This document shows positions 12,525 to 24,555 of a stretch of 64,000 nt of DNA, piece by piece. The position numbers and the translations under genes were made by a program. Every line of letters begins with the position of its first letter. Within the stretch, counting starts at the first letter, position 1. Below the pieces are notes generated by a model that saw nothing but the letters and a program-made list of their open reading frames with translations, had not been told where the DNA came from and did not search any database. Origin of the DNA: Neodothiora populina (lineage: Eukaryota); NCBI RefSeq assembly GCF_041146345.1, contig NW_027191411.1:62001-126000 (forward strand), read 5' to 3'.

Positions 12525-14362
12525 TCATCCTCTCAGCCTCCTGAAAACACGCTCACATAGCCTTCTGGTTCTCGCCGTTTTTGTTTCAGACTTCTCCTCG
12601 ACGCTCTGCATCACATCCTTCTTGTCGGCGTCCTCAGCAACAGTCTCCCGCGAGTCGCTGGTTAGATCGGCTTCAAAGCCTGCGTGTTTCACCTCATCCT
12701 TGACCTCTTCCGCTCGTACCAGTCCTCGGTCTTTAACAAACAAGCATAAAATCAAGCAAATTGCCATGAACGGCACATTTAAGATGAACACGCTCCTGCT
12801 CGCACTTGCATACGCATCAAGAACGCCCTTTCGTTGCGCTGCTGTTGTGCCTTGTAGATCTGGAGCACTGTAAGACGACAGGGCAAGATACTCGAAACCC
12901 GTAGGAAGGTTGTTCTTTAATCGTGCTTGTAGCACAGCTGCCGACGCCACCAATCCGATCGCCCCACCCGTACAGCGCAGGAAATTGCGATTGCTCGTAA
13001 TAACCGCTCGATTCGCTTTGGTACAATGCGCTTGCAAGGCCACCAGGATGGGCTGGAACACAAAGCCGACTCCAGCACCTTGACATGCAAGAATGACCAC
13101 CATGGCGGTTATCGGTGTGTCTCGTGTGAAGATGCAATTGAGAGCTGCTCCCAAAGTCCAGAGAAAGAAGCCTATCCAGAGAAGCTCACCGTAGTGACCT
13201 ATCCTCGAGTTGTACTGTCCCGAAAGTACCGAGAAGACCGATTGAAACAGCGGAAAAGCAATTACGATTGATGCCGACACAACAGGCGAGAGTTGTCGTG
13301 CATTCTGCAGGAACAAAGGCACATAGTACAACGTCGAGTAATAGTTGAATCCAGAGAGAACGTTTTGCGCGAGCAGCACGCCGACAACCGGGTCTTTGTA
13401 TACCGACCCTGTAGCTCGCGTCAGTGAATCTCCCATCGTTGCGCGCTTTGACCGCTGGAGGAAGCTCACCTGGCATCATGGGTAGTCGCGCCACCCTGTT
13501 CTCGACGATCACAAATGCCACCGCGCAGATCCCGCCCAACACCAACATCGAGATGACCATTGGCGACTCCCATTGGAAGTAGGTGCCACCGCCAGAGATA
13601 GGGACTAAGATCAGAATCACTGCAGCTGAGCCCGTCAACAGGCCCCACCAATCGACGACCTGCATTCCTTGTTTCAATGAAACTTTTCCAGGTTTCCCGG
13701 GAAGCAGCTTCATACATGCCACCGAAGTCATTGCTGCTAGGGGACAGATGACCCAGAACAAGCCTCGCCACGTGGACTTTTGTACAAATGCCGCAGCAAC
13801 GGAAGGACCGACCATGTTACCCAACCCTACCATCGAACCCAGAATGCCTTGGTACTTGCCACGCTCCTGCAGAGACACTATGTCCGACACCGTCACCATG
13901 GTCAGTGACGTTATGCCACCAGAAGCGACTCCAGAAAGACCGCGAAAGACATACAGCATTGTTGAGTTGACGGCAAACCCGCATAGGAGATCACTGACAG
14001 AAAGCAGTATTAATGCTGATATCAAAATCACTTTTCGTCCTATGGGAGCCCAATTGTGTTACTGTCAGCAACCTCGCAATATTATGAGATCCGAGTGAGG
14101 GACTCAATGCGTGCATACCAAAAATATCAGACAATCGTCCATACAAGACCTGAAAGACGGTATTGGCGATCAAAGCACTGGTACCAGCCCAGCTGACAGT
14201 CGCTTCCGCATGCAAGTCTCTACCGATATCCGGAAGAGCGAGACCGACTCCATTCTGGTCCATGAAACATGTGAAGAGTGCGACTGACAGAGCACAAAAT
14301 GCCGCGAGAAGTTCTTGCCGGGACAATTTGACGCTTTGGTCTTGGAAACCTGGTTCCGCCAT
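12525..14362 (-). CDS. MFS transporter, DHA2 (14-TMS drug:H+ antiporter-like), 3 exons
   Basis: LYGRLSDIFG/RK motif A, VSDIVSLQERGKYQGILG, TWRGLFW, VDWWG, NRNFLRCTGGAIGL. Introns about 14118-14040 and 13469-13409. Confidence 0.9.
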
Positions 14363-14997
14363 CGTGGTGTGTTGGGCGACTGGCACAATTCCAAAACTCC
14401 TGCAATTGAATGGTTCGAAGATCCCTGCGCCACATCTAACCAACGCAAGATTTATTGCATCAGACGCGGGAATCAAGTGGTGATGTTTCTCTTCGAATCG
14501 AGCACCGGACACGACGGGGAAATAGCCGTGCTCACGGTTTTTCGCTTTTTCTGTACTGCACTTTCATGGCTGGTTTTGTGATTTGCGTCTCCGATAGCCC
14601 TTTGTCAATAAATGATAGTAGCAGTAGTAAGTAGAATGCCGGAAGATGCGCCGCGAGTACTGCCAATTCCGCATTTTTTGCTTGGTACCCACGCAAAGAA
14701 GGCGATAAATGAATCTACTAGACTGTATCTGGCGTCAACGTTACATGAAATCGACATCTTGCCTTCTCCGACACCGAAATAAGATCCGCCGGGAGACATA
14801 CTTCTAAGTCGGACCTACCAAATCCGGCCACCTATCCCAGAGACACCACGTCAGATGATCGAGTCTCTTTTTCCATGGATACATCCCCTTTCCGCCTGGT
14901 CCAAGTGTGGATACAGTCTTGACAAACCCGAAGATTACACTACGATACGAACACGGTAAAGGCACCTTATCATACCGAAGAGCTGCTTGTGTTCGGG

Positions 14998-15016
14998 GAC
15001 GGACCTCCGATAAGGT
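14998..15016 (+). promoter_or_regulatory. Composite CGG-N4-CCG (Zn2Cys6-type) + GATAAG element upstream of the MFS gene
   Basis: GACGGACCTCCGATAAGGT; 17/19 identical to the reverse complement of 17462-17480. Confidence 0.55.
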
Positions 15017-15358
15017 GGGTTTTCCCTAATCACAATCCCGAGCCTCCGGGTCTTGGACATGCTTCGATTTGTGCTCTTTTGTCTCCGTCGCGAGCCCGGC
15101 CCTCTCTGTCTGTCTAGTCATGTACTGGGCATCCACACTTTGCTGAAAAGGACATATGAGTAATGCAGATACGGAGAACTTACCTTCATTGGAAATCACC
15201 GAGCGCGAGAACATGCGGATGGGAGTTATGGCTGCCCTAAGGAGGATAAAAGGCTCGCCGAAGCATGTAGGACTTGGTATCCTGAGATAAGACAATTTCG
15301 GATATGACATCTATTCATACCATTTCATACCAATACCCACCGCCATATCCTCTTTGAT

Positions 15359-17041
15359 TCACATCGTCCTCCAATCATTTGCCGCCTCCCAAGCAGCCGC
15401 AATCTGAAGAACAGTACTCTCATCCCACCACTTGCCGACAACCTGCATACTAACCGGCAACTTCGCACGACTCTCGACCCCCAGCCCCTCAAGCACCTCC
15501 AACATGCCAATCGGCATCGCCAGCGCCGGATGGCCAGACTGATTGAACGGTGCCGTATTAGACGTCAGCCCAATCTGTTTCGAGATCTGCGCGATCGGAC
15601 TGGCGTCTGGCGCCGCATGGCTAGTAGCCACGTACGGCAACGTAGGCGTGATGAGGACATCGTACTCCCGCAACGCAGCATCGTATGAATCCCGCAACTG
15701 GCGCGACAAGTTCGTCGCTTTGCCAAGTAACGTCGGGAAGGCATGTAGTGCGTACGCGCCGTTCAGGTATATGTTTTTCGTCGCGCTGTAGGCATTCTGC
15801 CACTGCGCCTGCTGCATCGGATGGAGTAACGAGTTGAGTTTGAGCATTTGATGGCCGCGGCGCCCGAAACCCCCGCTGCCGTGGGTTTTGTTCAGGAAAC
15901 CTCCGGTTTTGGACACGCCTGTCCAGATGGCGGCGCCGGATTTGTGGATCGGGATCGAGACTTGCGACACGCTTGCGCCGAGACTTGTGAAGGCTTCGGC
16001 GGCGCGGAGGAACGTCTCTATCACTCGGGGGTCTGTGGCGGGTGTGGAGAGGGACTCGGTGATGATGCCTATCTTCTTGCCGGCTAGAGGGGACTGCAAG
16101 GGGAGGGCTGCGACAAGCTGGCTGTATTTGGGGACATTCTCTGGTTTCGGCGCCGCGAAGCCTCGGTCGTCGATATTGTCTGTGCCGGCGATGACTTCGA
16201 GGAGTAGAGCGTTGTCGTGCACTGTGCGTGTCATTGGTCCCACATGGTCGTTTGTAGGCTCGTTGCTGCCGCACCCAGTATATGGCACCAGGCCGAACGT
16301 GGGCTTGAGTCCTATGATTCCACAGTTGGCTGCCGGCACGCGGATACTGCCGCCTTGGTCTGCGCCCACTGATCCCCATGTCTCTCCCAGCGCGACCAAG
16401 ACTGCGGAGCCACTCGAACTTCCTCCTGAACTGTAGCCTCTGCAATGCGGGTTCTCGACTATCCCGGTGCCCGAAGAATGACTCGTCGCCGAGTGGCAAA
16501 GGTTTTCGCACACGGCTTTGCCAGTGATATGCCCGCCTGCCTCAAGGATCCGCGTGACGAGCGTCGCGTCCATGTCTGGTGCGTGACCCTCGATGAATTT
16601 CGTGCCCATGAGCATGGGAACATCTTTGACGGAAATCATGTCTTTGAGACATAGCTTCTTGCCTTCTAGAAGTGGACGAGTGTCGCCTTTTGGAGGGTCG
16701 GCGTCTACAATGTCGCATTTCCAGGCCCATGCTCCGTGAGTGTTTTCTTCTTTGCTCGGGAAGCGAATGTTGGTCCGTGGGAATCGTGATTCGTCTACTG
16801 TTGGGATGTAGTCTTGGTACAGATCAGTTGGGCTGTATGGAAAGTATTCACATTGCTGTCTGGACTGCATACCTTCCATTCCCATCAATGCCTCGCTGGC
16901 ATCGTGGAAGACGGCCAATAGCCGCCTGTACTCCTCCTTTTCGTCATCTTTGAGACTCACGCCTAGTTCTGAACATAATCTGTCTACTGTTTCTGTGGTC
17001 ACGGGATTGCCTTGCGCAGCTTCAAGTGTAAACACAGACAT
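15359..17041 (-). CDS. Amidase-signature enzyme of the bacterial-like amidase/urethanase type, 2 exons
   Basis: LKDMI (Lys), DATLVTRILEAGG.ITGKAVCENLC, SSGGSSSGS, GADQGGSIRVP, FNQSGHPAL. A 60-nt GTATGC..AAG in-frame intron lies at 16872-16813. Confidence 0.9.
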   Translation of the reverse strand: MSVFTLEAAQGNPVTTETVDRLCSELGVSLKDDEKEEYRRLLAVFHDASEALMGMEGMQSRQQCEYFPYSPTDLYQDYIPTVDESRFPRTNIRFPSKEENTHGAWAWKCDIVDADPPKGDTRPLLEGKKLCLKDMISVKDVPMLMGTKFIEGHAPDMDATLVTRILEAGGHITGKAVCENLCHSATSHSSGTGIVENPHCRGYSSGGSSSGSAVLVALGETWGSVGADQGGSIRVPAANCGIIGLKPTFGLVPYTGCGSNEPTNDHVGPMTRTVHDNALLLEVIAGTDNIDDRGFAAPKPENVPKYSQLVAALPLQSPLAGKKIGIITESLSTPATDPRVIETFLRAAEAFTSLGASVSQVSIPIHKSGAAIWTGVSKTGGFLNKTHGSGGFGRRGHQMLKLNSLLHPMQQAQWQNAYSATKNIYLNGAYALHAFPTLLGKATNLSRQLRDSYDAALREYDVLITPTLPYVATSHAAPDASPIAQISKQIGLTSNTAPFNQSGHPALAMPIGMLEVLEGLGVESRAKLPVSMQVVGKWWDESTVLQIAAAWEAANDWRTM

Positions 17042-17357
17042 GATCGCGCAATGAAAAGGTATCACAGCAGCTGAGAAATGACTGTGTCGATGGTGTTCAC
17101 GCGATCACTGCGACCAATGTAGAGGCACATTTACGGCGACAGACTTGCCTACTTTTTGCGCCGTCATCATGAAATGGCTCGGAGTATCTCTACACTCATC
17201 GAAATCATCTGGCGTACAGTACAAACCCATAGCTCACGCGCGAAATGCCCCGCATCACTATCTTCGGCGGGGCACGCATCACGTGTGAATGTACAAGTAT
17301 GAGACGGATAGGCTTATCAACATGCTCGAGCTGTATTGACATACTGTACACTGCTGA

Positions 17358-17480
17358 TCGGACCTCCGAGGAAAGTAGATGGACTTGACGATGGTGGTGA
17401 CGAACAACGTCAGAACTTCTAAAGGTGGGGTTTCGGCCCAAGCTCAATGGCCTATCTCCAGACCTTATCGGATCTCCGTC
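17358..17480. promoter_or_regulatory. Two CGG-N4-CCG elements (one fused to GATAAG) in the divergent amidase/PuuE-like promoter
   Basis: TCGGACCTCCGA at 17358-17369 and ACCTTATCGGATCTCCGTC at 17462-17480. Confidence 0.55.
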
Positions 17481-17810
17481 TCAGGACTTCCTGTTCTATC
17501 ACAACCAATGGACACAACCCTGGTCTGGTGTGATCATCCATCGCGCGCTTTGGTTGATTGGAGCTCTTATCTGCTCGCTCCCGAGTTCCTTCTCAACCAT
17601 GACATCGCCGTCGCTTAGCGTGTCAGCTTGGCCGACAAGTATGTCAACACATGATAGGCGATTATACAGCTGCTGAATTCGGTCTCCGAAGTGCGACCCC
17701 GTATTGGTAGACAGTATTGAGTCATATAGTAGGTGGTAGTAAGTGAGATGGTAGGTCCGCGCGTGATATAGACAATTCGCATCTACGCCTGTCAGGTCAT
17801 CATACACACG

Positions 17811-18916
17811 ATGGTACATGTAGAAGAGAGCCTTCAGCTTCCGCGAGACTTCGAGGGTAGGTTATGGTCCATCTCATCGTACCTTCACAGCATTGACAAT
17901 CCGAACGTACAGGCTTTGGTGAATTTGGTCATGATCCCAAATGGCCGAACGGAGCTCGTATCGCAGTTTCATTCGTGCTCAACTACGAAGAAGGTGGCGA
18001 GCGTAATGTCTTAGACGGAGATGGCACATCGGAAGCCTACCTCTGGGAGAAAGGTCCATCAGGTGGCGGTCGCGAACACAGACACTTGAACGGCGAGCAA
18101 GATTTCGAATATGGCTCGCGATGCGGCGGTTGGCGCATCGCCAGACTCATGAAGGAGTTTGGCTGGAACATGACCATCTTCGCCATCGCCGTCGCGATGG
18201 AGAGAAATCCGACATGGGCCAAGGCTTGCGTGAGAGAAGGTCACGAGATTTGCGCGCATGGCTACAGATGGCTTGATATCTGGGATTATAGTCTCGAGGA
18301 CGACAAGGCATACATCAAGAAGACGCTCCAGAAGCTGGAGGAAGTAACGGGTGAGTTTCCTGACGGTGCATACTTTGGTCGAGGCACACCGAACACCGCT
18401 TCCTTGTTACCTCTCATGTGGAAGGAGCTTGGTAAGAAGATGCTCTATACGTCCGAGGTCTACAATGACGACGTGCCTTACTGGGTTGATCTGCCGTGGG
18501 AGAAGGACCTCCCGGCCGAGCAGAAGGAAGGTCTACTCATGGTCCCGTACAACTACGACTGTGAGTTACAACATCCATGAGGTACTCTGCATTGTGACCG
18601 AGACTGACGTGATCAAGGCAACGATGGCAAGTTTCACATGAGCCCCGGCTTTACGAGCTCGGCCGGCAACACGTATGAGGCATACCTCAAAGACGCGTTT
18701 GACTGTCTTTATCGTGAGGGTGGCAAGATGATGACCATCCCTCTACATTCGAGGATCACGGGTAAGCCTGGTCGGTCAGAAGCACTTCGGAAGTTCATGA
18801 AGTACATCTCAGAGAAGGAAGGTGTGTGGGTCACGACCAGAAGGGAGATCGCGAATCATTACCGGAAGACGTTCCCTTACAAGCCTGGCTCGAGGGCTGG
18901 AGGCAACGGGAGTTAG
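17811..18916 (+). CDS. Polysaccharide-deacetylase-fold hydrolase, PuuE-type (metal-independent allantoinase-like), 3 exons
   Basis: Spliced LPRDFEG/FG...PKWPNGARIAVSFVLNYEEGGER, QDFEYGSRCG.WR, HEICAHGYRW (Glu-His-Trp pattern of PuuE), YNDDVPYW, PYNYDCNDGKF, MMTIPLHSRITG.PGR. Introns about 17857-17912 and 18561-18618. Confidence 0.85.
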
Positions 18917-19210
18917 ACTTACCAACCAAGTATTGAGGCTGCTTCAGGATAGGATTTAATAGTTTTAGTAACCCGTGCAGGGAGTATGATATTTAGTAGG
19001 CTTCGGGTGAATCCCAATACATCTCGAGGGCGACCCTGTCCTAGTCTACTCCATCTTAGTCGCAATGTAATTATAGCTCGACGAAGTGCCATGTTCAATG
19101 CGTGCACCTTCGCAGAGTGATCAATCTTAGACCACTTGTATGGCGTGATCAGTCGCATACCGAAGGTAGAGGTATTTGACGGTAGGTCTTATCTCACATC
19201 TCCCCATACC

Positions 19211-19237
19211 CTGATAAGGTAGGTCCTCCCTTATCAG
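19211..19237. promoter_or_regulatory. Inverted pair of GATAAG sites upstream of the Zn2Cys6 gene
   Basis: CTGATAAGG-N9-CCTTATCAG, a perfect 9-bp inverted repeat. Confidence 0.5.
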
Positions 19238-19335
19238 TCACCTCCGGGATCGCACAGCAAGACGATCCTCCAAGCACATATGATGAGCTCGCGCACCCGG
19301 GGGGACGTCCGAGGCACATGTCCGATATTTTCATT

Positions 19336-21360
19336 ATGCAAACCACGCTTCCGAACACTTCTCCAGCTTCAAATGGTGATGCTCGCAAGACGGCGGCGAC
19401 CAGCACGGTCGGGTTGGCTGATAATCCGCGTAAGCGGCAAAGGACGGCGTGCGATCGCTGCAAGAACCGGAAACAGCGCGTAGGCATCTATTTGACTCGA
19501 ATTTGTGATATTGAACAAGTCTAATTGAAAGGCTAGTGCGATAATTTGCATCCACAATGTTCCAATTGTACGAAAGCTGGTCTGGAATGCACAAAGCCCC
19601 CGGAGACCGAGGCATATAGGCTCAACAGCAATTACACCAAGACCTTAGAAGACCATGTAGCTACCTTAGAGGCACGACTAGCGACTTATGAACAGCAAGC
19701 ACAACAGCAGCCTCAACTAACACCGAGTCCTCTCGAGAGCTCAGGTTCACGATCTCATAGTGTTGCTGATATAGTTGGGTTACTGTCACTTGGCAATGCC
19801 GAAGCTCCGTCTTACATCGGTTCCTCGTCGGGGTACTCGATGGCGACAAACCTCGGTGACATGGTCCAGGCGACGATATGGAACAAAGCCCTTTGGATGC
19901 CGGCGGCACCTGGTGAGATTGCGTCCATAATCAACGATGATCAAGCGGTTGGTCCAGAGAAAAGGCCTCTGACAGGCGCGCCTGCGCGACGCATCACCAT
20001 CTCCGAGTTGCACAACAATGCCGCAGAACCTCCATCTGATGCCTTAGGCACAAGATTGATCGAAGCCTATCTTGTTCGCATCCACCCGCGCTTCCCATTC
20101 CTCATACGATCAGACCTGTGGGATTATCACCGCAAGCGTAACACTCTGGGGACGGAGCCTGCCAAAGCTGAAGACGGCTTCTCCCTGTTCGTGCTTTATA
20201 TGGTATATGCCATTGGCGCGCTCAACTTACGATTGACCGAAGCATACAAAAACACTCCACCAGAGAAGTTCTACATTTCAGCTTTGAAGCATGTTTCTTC
20301 CGCGAGGGAATCATCCTCGATCCACAATGTCGAGGCAATGGTCTTACTGATTCTATATCATTTCCGATCCGAAAGTCACTATGGGCTGTGGCACATGACG
20401 GGTCTGGCTATGCGAACAGTGACAGATCTCGGACTGCACCGACATGCCTCGACTAGACATCTCCCGCCTTTTGTCGCTCAACTGCGGAGGAGGTTGTTCT
20501 GGTCGTTGTACTCACTTGAAGGCACTCTCGCAAGCACACTGGGGAGGCCCTTGTCGCTGTCAGATTGTGACATTGATCAGCCGCTGCCATTAAGCATTGA
20601 CGACGACGTCCGGTCTGACGGGGTACTGTGCGAGCATATAGCGTTGCCAGGCCGCGAGGCATACCCGTATACGAACATGAGTCAGTCTATACTGCTTTTT
20701 CAGTTGCGCAGATTCGAAAGCAGGGTACAGAGAACAGTGTATCGGGTCGACCGAGCCACATCGTCCTTACTGCCCAAGCTTTATCCATTGTATCACGAAT
20801 TAGAGGCCTGGCATGCAAGCATACCACCTGAGCTTGCCAATAGAGAGCTTGACCGACCTCTGCTGAATTATCATAAGACCATGCGATTATTACTCCAACC
20901 TTTTCTGGGTTTGCTTGACCCGGCGGATCCATACTTTCAGCAATGCATCGTGTCGGCAGGTCAGATATGTCAGATTCACAAGCGTTTGCATCAGAGTCCG
21001 GAATACGGCCATAGCTTTATCGCTGTACACACCATATTCGTGTCCGGGATCACATTGTTGTATTGTCTCTGGCTGGGCAGAGAAAAGGTCTGGTCGTTCG
21101 GCGTAAGCAATAACCTCCGAGCGTGCAGTTGTGTCTTGTCGATCATGGGCGAACGGTCTCCATGGGTCAGACGGTACCGCGACGTCTATGAGAGTCTAGT
21201 GGAAGCAACCATGGCGGCGCTTGACACCCCCAACGGCAGCGACACGTCCAATCGTCAAGTATTGAATGCATGGGAAGGGTTCTCTTTCGAAGGTCTAGAT
21301 GGTCTCGACGATGGTGCTTGGAATATGGCAAGAGAGCTTGCAGGATGGATAGACGCGTGA
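19336..21360 (+). CDS. Zn(II)2Cys6 transcription factor with Fungal_trans domain, PPR1/UaY-like (alternative ATG at 19318), 2 exons
   Basis: KRQRTACDRCKNRKQR/CDNLHPQCSNCTKAGLEC across intron 19480-19536, YIGSSSG, AMRTVTDLGLHR, RRRLFWSLYSLE..LGRP. Confidence 0.9.
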
Positions 21361-22410
21361 CGTTGTGAAAGCGGGGGTGGAGTAGAGTGCCTTTTTACTG
21401 TACTCCGTACCTTGATCGACATTCACGAGCGCGACAACGTCAACGGTTGTATGTCCCAAGACGCGTAAGATTTCGTGTCTCTCGTTGGAGGCAATAGTCG
21501 TTTTGCAAAGAAAGAGTGTAGCACTTGGATGATGGGAAATGCTGGGATTATCGAGGTTCCTGCGATACTCCTACCTCTGATTATCACAAGACACCGAACC
21601 AAGCAGCCAAGCTACGGTATCTTAGCTTATCCAGACTCACCCAGTTGATCGTTCAATTGCAAAACACCGGTAGCTCCGAGGACCCTGGCTTCATGAATGC
21701 GTTGCGGTCAGCTTTTCGATGACGTGCCTGGATCACAAAATCGCAAAATCGCGATGGCTCCGCATCCGTTTCGTTCCTGAACATCACGACATATAGCTGC
21801 CCGGGGAGAGCTCGAGTAATATAAGACGTTTGTATGCTCCGCGCCTGAAGAAGTCCAATATCCATACCAGTGCATACTCCAAACCATCATTGCCATCACT
21901 CGTGCAGCAGTCCAGCAACCGAAAGACAACTACGAATTGCCGCGGCAGTTGGGATAAACCAATAAGTCAGCGAGTCGAGTCTTCACCGCAGCTGCGTGCT
22001 CTTCTCTTGTACTCTCCGACCCCGCATCTGCACCTCCATTGACCCTCGCGCGACATCCGTCTAATATCGCGATACTTTGGCAAATGATAGGCACAATACT
22101 GCTCCATACGTGCTTTCTCGCGGTGCAGCTATCACGCAATTTCACGCAACCCGGTCGCATACTCACATCTAAGCTCTCAGCTTCTTAAATTCGCCCAGGG
22201 TGGCATCATCGAAGTGGCTCGGCGAGATTTAACGTTTCGAATTCAACCCGTTCACACCATCACAGGCCAAGATGGCTCTCAATTATATACTGATATATTC
22301 CCTCTCGCTGCTCTTGTATCAGACCATTTGCACCGTTGAGCAACAGGACATCAAACATTACTTTGCCCGAGTTTCCAAGCCCATAAATCGCCTGGAACTG
22401 ACTCAAAATC

Positions 22411-23665
22411 ATGGCTCCGTCCGCACTTCTGCAAACCCCGCTTGAGGGTCATGGTCCAGCTTTCACTTACCATGATCCCTCCCCCAAGATCTTTCCGGAT
22501 GGGATCAAGACCAGTGGCCAACATGCTCCAATCTCTAGTCTGATCAAGCCATATTCTGCTTTTCCCAAAGAAATCACTGGCCAGACAGCTTGGCAAGCAG
22601 AGGACTATAAGAACAACCCTGAGAGATGGACGCATCCATTCAGCCAGGACGAGATTGCCGAAATCAGCCAAGCTGCTGATGACTTCATTGCTTCCGCAAC
22701 TCCATTGACTGGTATTACCAAAGTATGCCTTGCTACCTCATCGAATTCTATCCTTGCCCTAACATTCTCAGGAAAAATTCCCGCTACCCTCAAAGACTGG
22801 CAAGCTACTTCATTCTTTACGGACTGAACTGCTTGACGGCAAGGGATTCATCCTCTTTAAAGGCTTTCCCGTCCAAGAATGGGGACTTCACAAGTCAGCC
22901 GTGGCATACATGGGTCTTGGTACCTACCTCGGATACTTTGTGAGTCAGAACAGTAGAGGTCATGTCCTCGGACATGTCAAAGACGTCGGAGAGGACAGCA
23001 CTCAGATCGACAAAGTCCGCATCTACCGCACCAATGCCCGTCAGTACTTCCACGCCGACGATAGTGATATTGTTGGCCTACTCTGCATCGCCCGCGCTCT
23101 CGAGGGAGGTGAGAGTGATCTAGTCAGCAGTCACAGCGTCTGGAATGCATTGCAAAAGGAGAACCCAGACGTTGCCGAACTTTTGACACAACAGATCTGG
23201 TACTTCGACCGCAAGGGCGAGACTTCCGTTGGTCAAGAAGAGTGGATCAAAACGTCCATCTTCTATCTTGAGCCTGGTGAGAATGGCCGCGTTTACTCCA
23301 AGTGGGATCCGTACTTTGTACGGAGTTTGACCCGCTTTTCGGACAAGGGTCTCATTCCCGCGCTTTCTCCCGAGCAGGAGCGCGCGATACAGATACTCGA
23401 GGATACTTGTGTGCGCCTATCACTGCACATGGTTCTCGAGATTGGTGACATCCAGTTCCTCAGCAACAACCACATCTTCCATGCTAGGACCGCATACAAG
23501 GACTACCCCCCACCGCAACCCAGACGCCATCTCATGCGTCTTTGGCTTGCCGTCCCCGAGACCGAAGGTGGATGGAAGCTGCCCTTTGAAGACAGCTCCC
23601 ACAAAAAGCGAGGTGGTATTCAGGTGAATGACAACCCACCTGTTGCCCCTCTTGACGCCGAATGA
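22411..23665 (+). CDS. Fe(II)/2-oxoglutarate dioxygenase, TauD/clavaminate-synthase-like, 2 exons
   Basis: QYFHADDSDIVGLLC (HxD), GGES.LVS, GDIQFLSNNHIFHARTAY (distal His) and RRHLMRLWL (2OG-binding Arg). Intron 22723-22770. Confidence 0.9.
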
Positions 23666-24555
23666 TTCACGTTGATCAAAACTCTGTAACTAGTTTCCAT
23701 GATATATTATTGAAATCAACGTTCTAGTAGAAATATACATCTTACTATAGAGTTTCAGTGACGTGCACTCTTATCGTTGGCTCTTCGATCATACCGAGAG
23801 GATATACGTTCCATCCTGTGAGCCTCATTGGGGTCTACCGACACGACATTTCGACTTACCCAGTCTTTCTATAATGTCAGATCACCAGTACTTTATCTTT
23901 GATCGTGTTAGGGTTACCCTAACGACATCACTCAAAGGTTCACATCATTCAATCAAACCTGCATATTGTATCTTGATAGGCAAACTCGACAGCGGCAAAG
24001 ATCGGCGTCGACTTCCTAAAGTCCGGGGAAATGACAGGATCAACGTAATCTTCTCTCCTCATCCCCAGTCGTCCTCGACCTCACCCGCCATGTTATCGCT
24101 GTCTTACCTTCTCGATACGGGATGCATATGACATCAAAACTCGCTCATACCAACCGTACCTTATCGCGAGTACAAACCGGATTGCCACTCATCGTATGGA
24201 GTCCTCTAACAACCCTGCGGATTGGCTCTCTAGTGCGACTGATGTGCGCTCTTCACGCGTTTATTTACCGCGAAGTTGTAGTAAGACACTTGGTAGGTAA
24301 CACCTTCGGGCAAAGTTGACATGTGCCCGTCGGCCTGTAGGATAAGAAATGCGTGCCTCTGATGCTTTGCGATATGTATATGTATTGTTCACTCGCGCTA
24401 TTGCAGTCGATATCGAGTGATAAAGTCAATGTTATAGACTAGAACCTGCTGTTTGTACTATTCTATCTCTCTCATACCTCGTCCTCGAGGCGATCGTTTG
24501 CGACTGATCTCACGAGTTGTCACTTCTCCTCACACCTTCTTTCCTGCTTGTCAAG

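Noticed and set aside
17678..17690. TCGGTCTCCGA considered as a canonical UaY/PPR1 site
   Set aside because: Spacer is 3 nt, not the 6 nt of TCGG-N6-CCGA; no canonical UaY site was seen in the cluster promoters.
17811..18916. Calling the deacetylase-fold gene a chitin deacetylase
   Set aside because: No signal peptide, and it shows the PuuE-type Glu-His-Trp pattern rather than the Asp-His-His metal triad.
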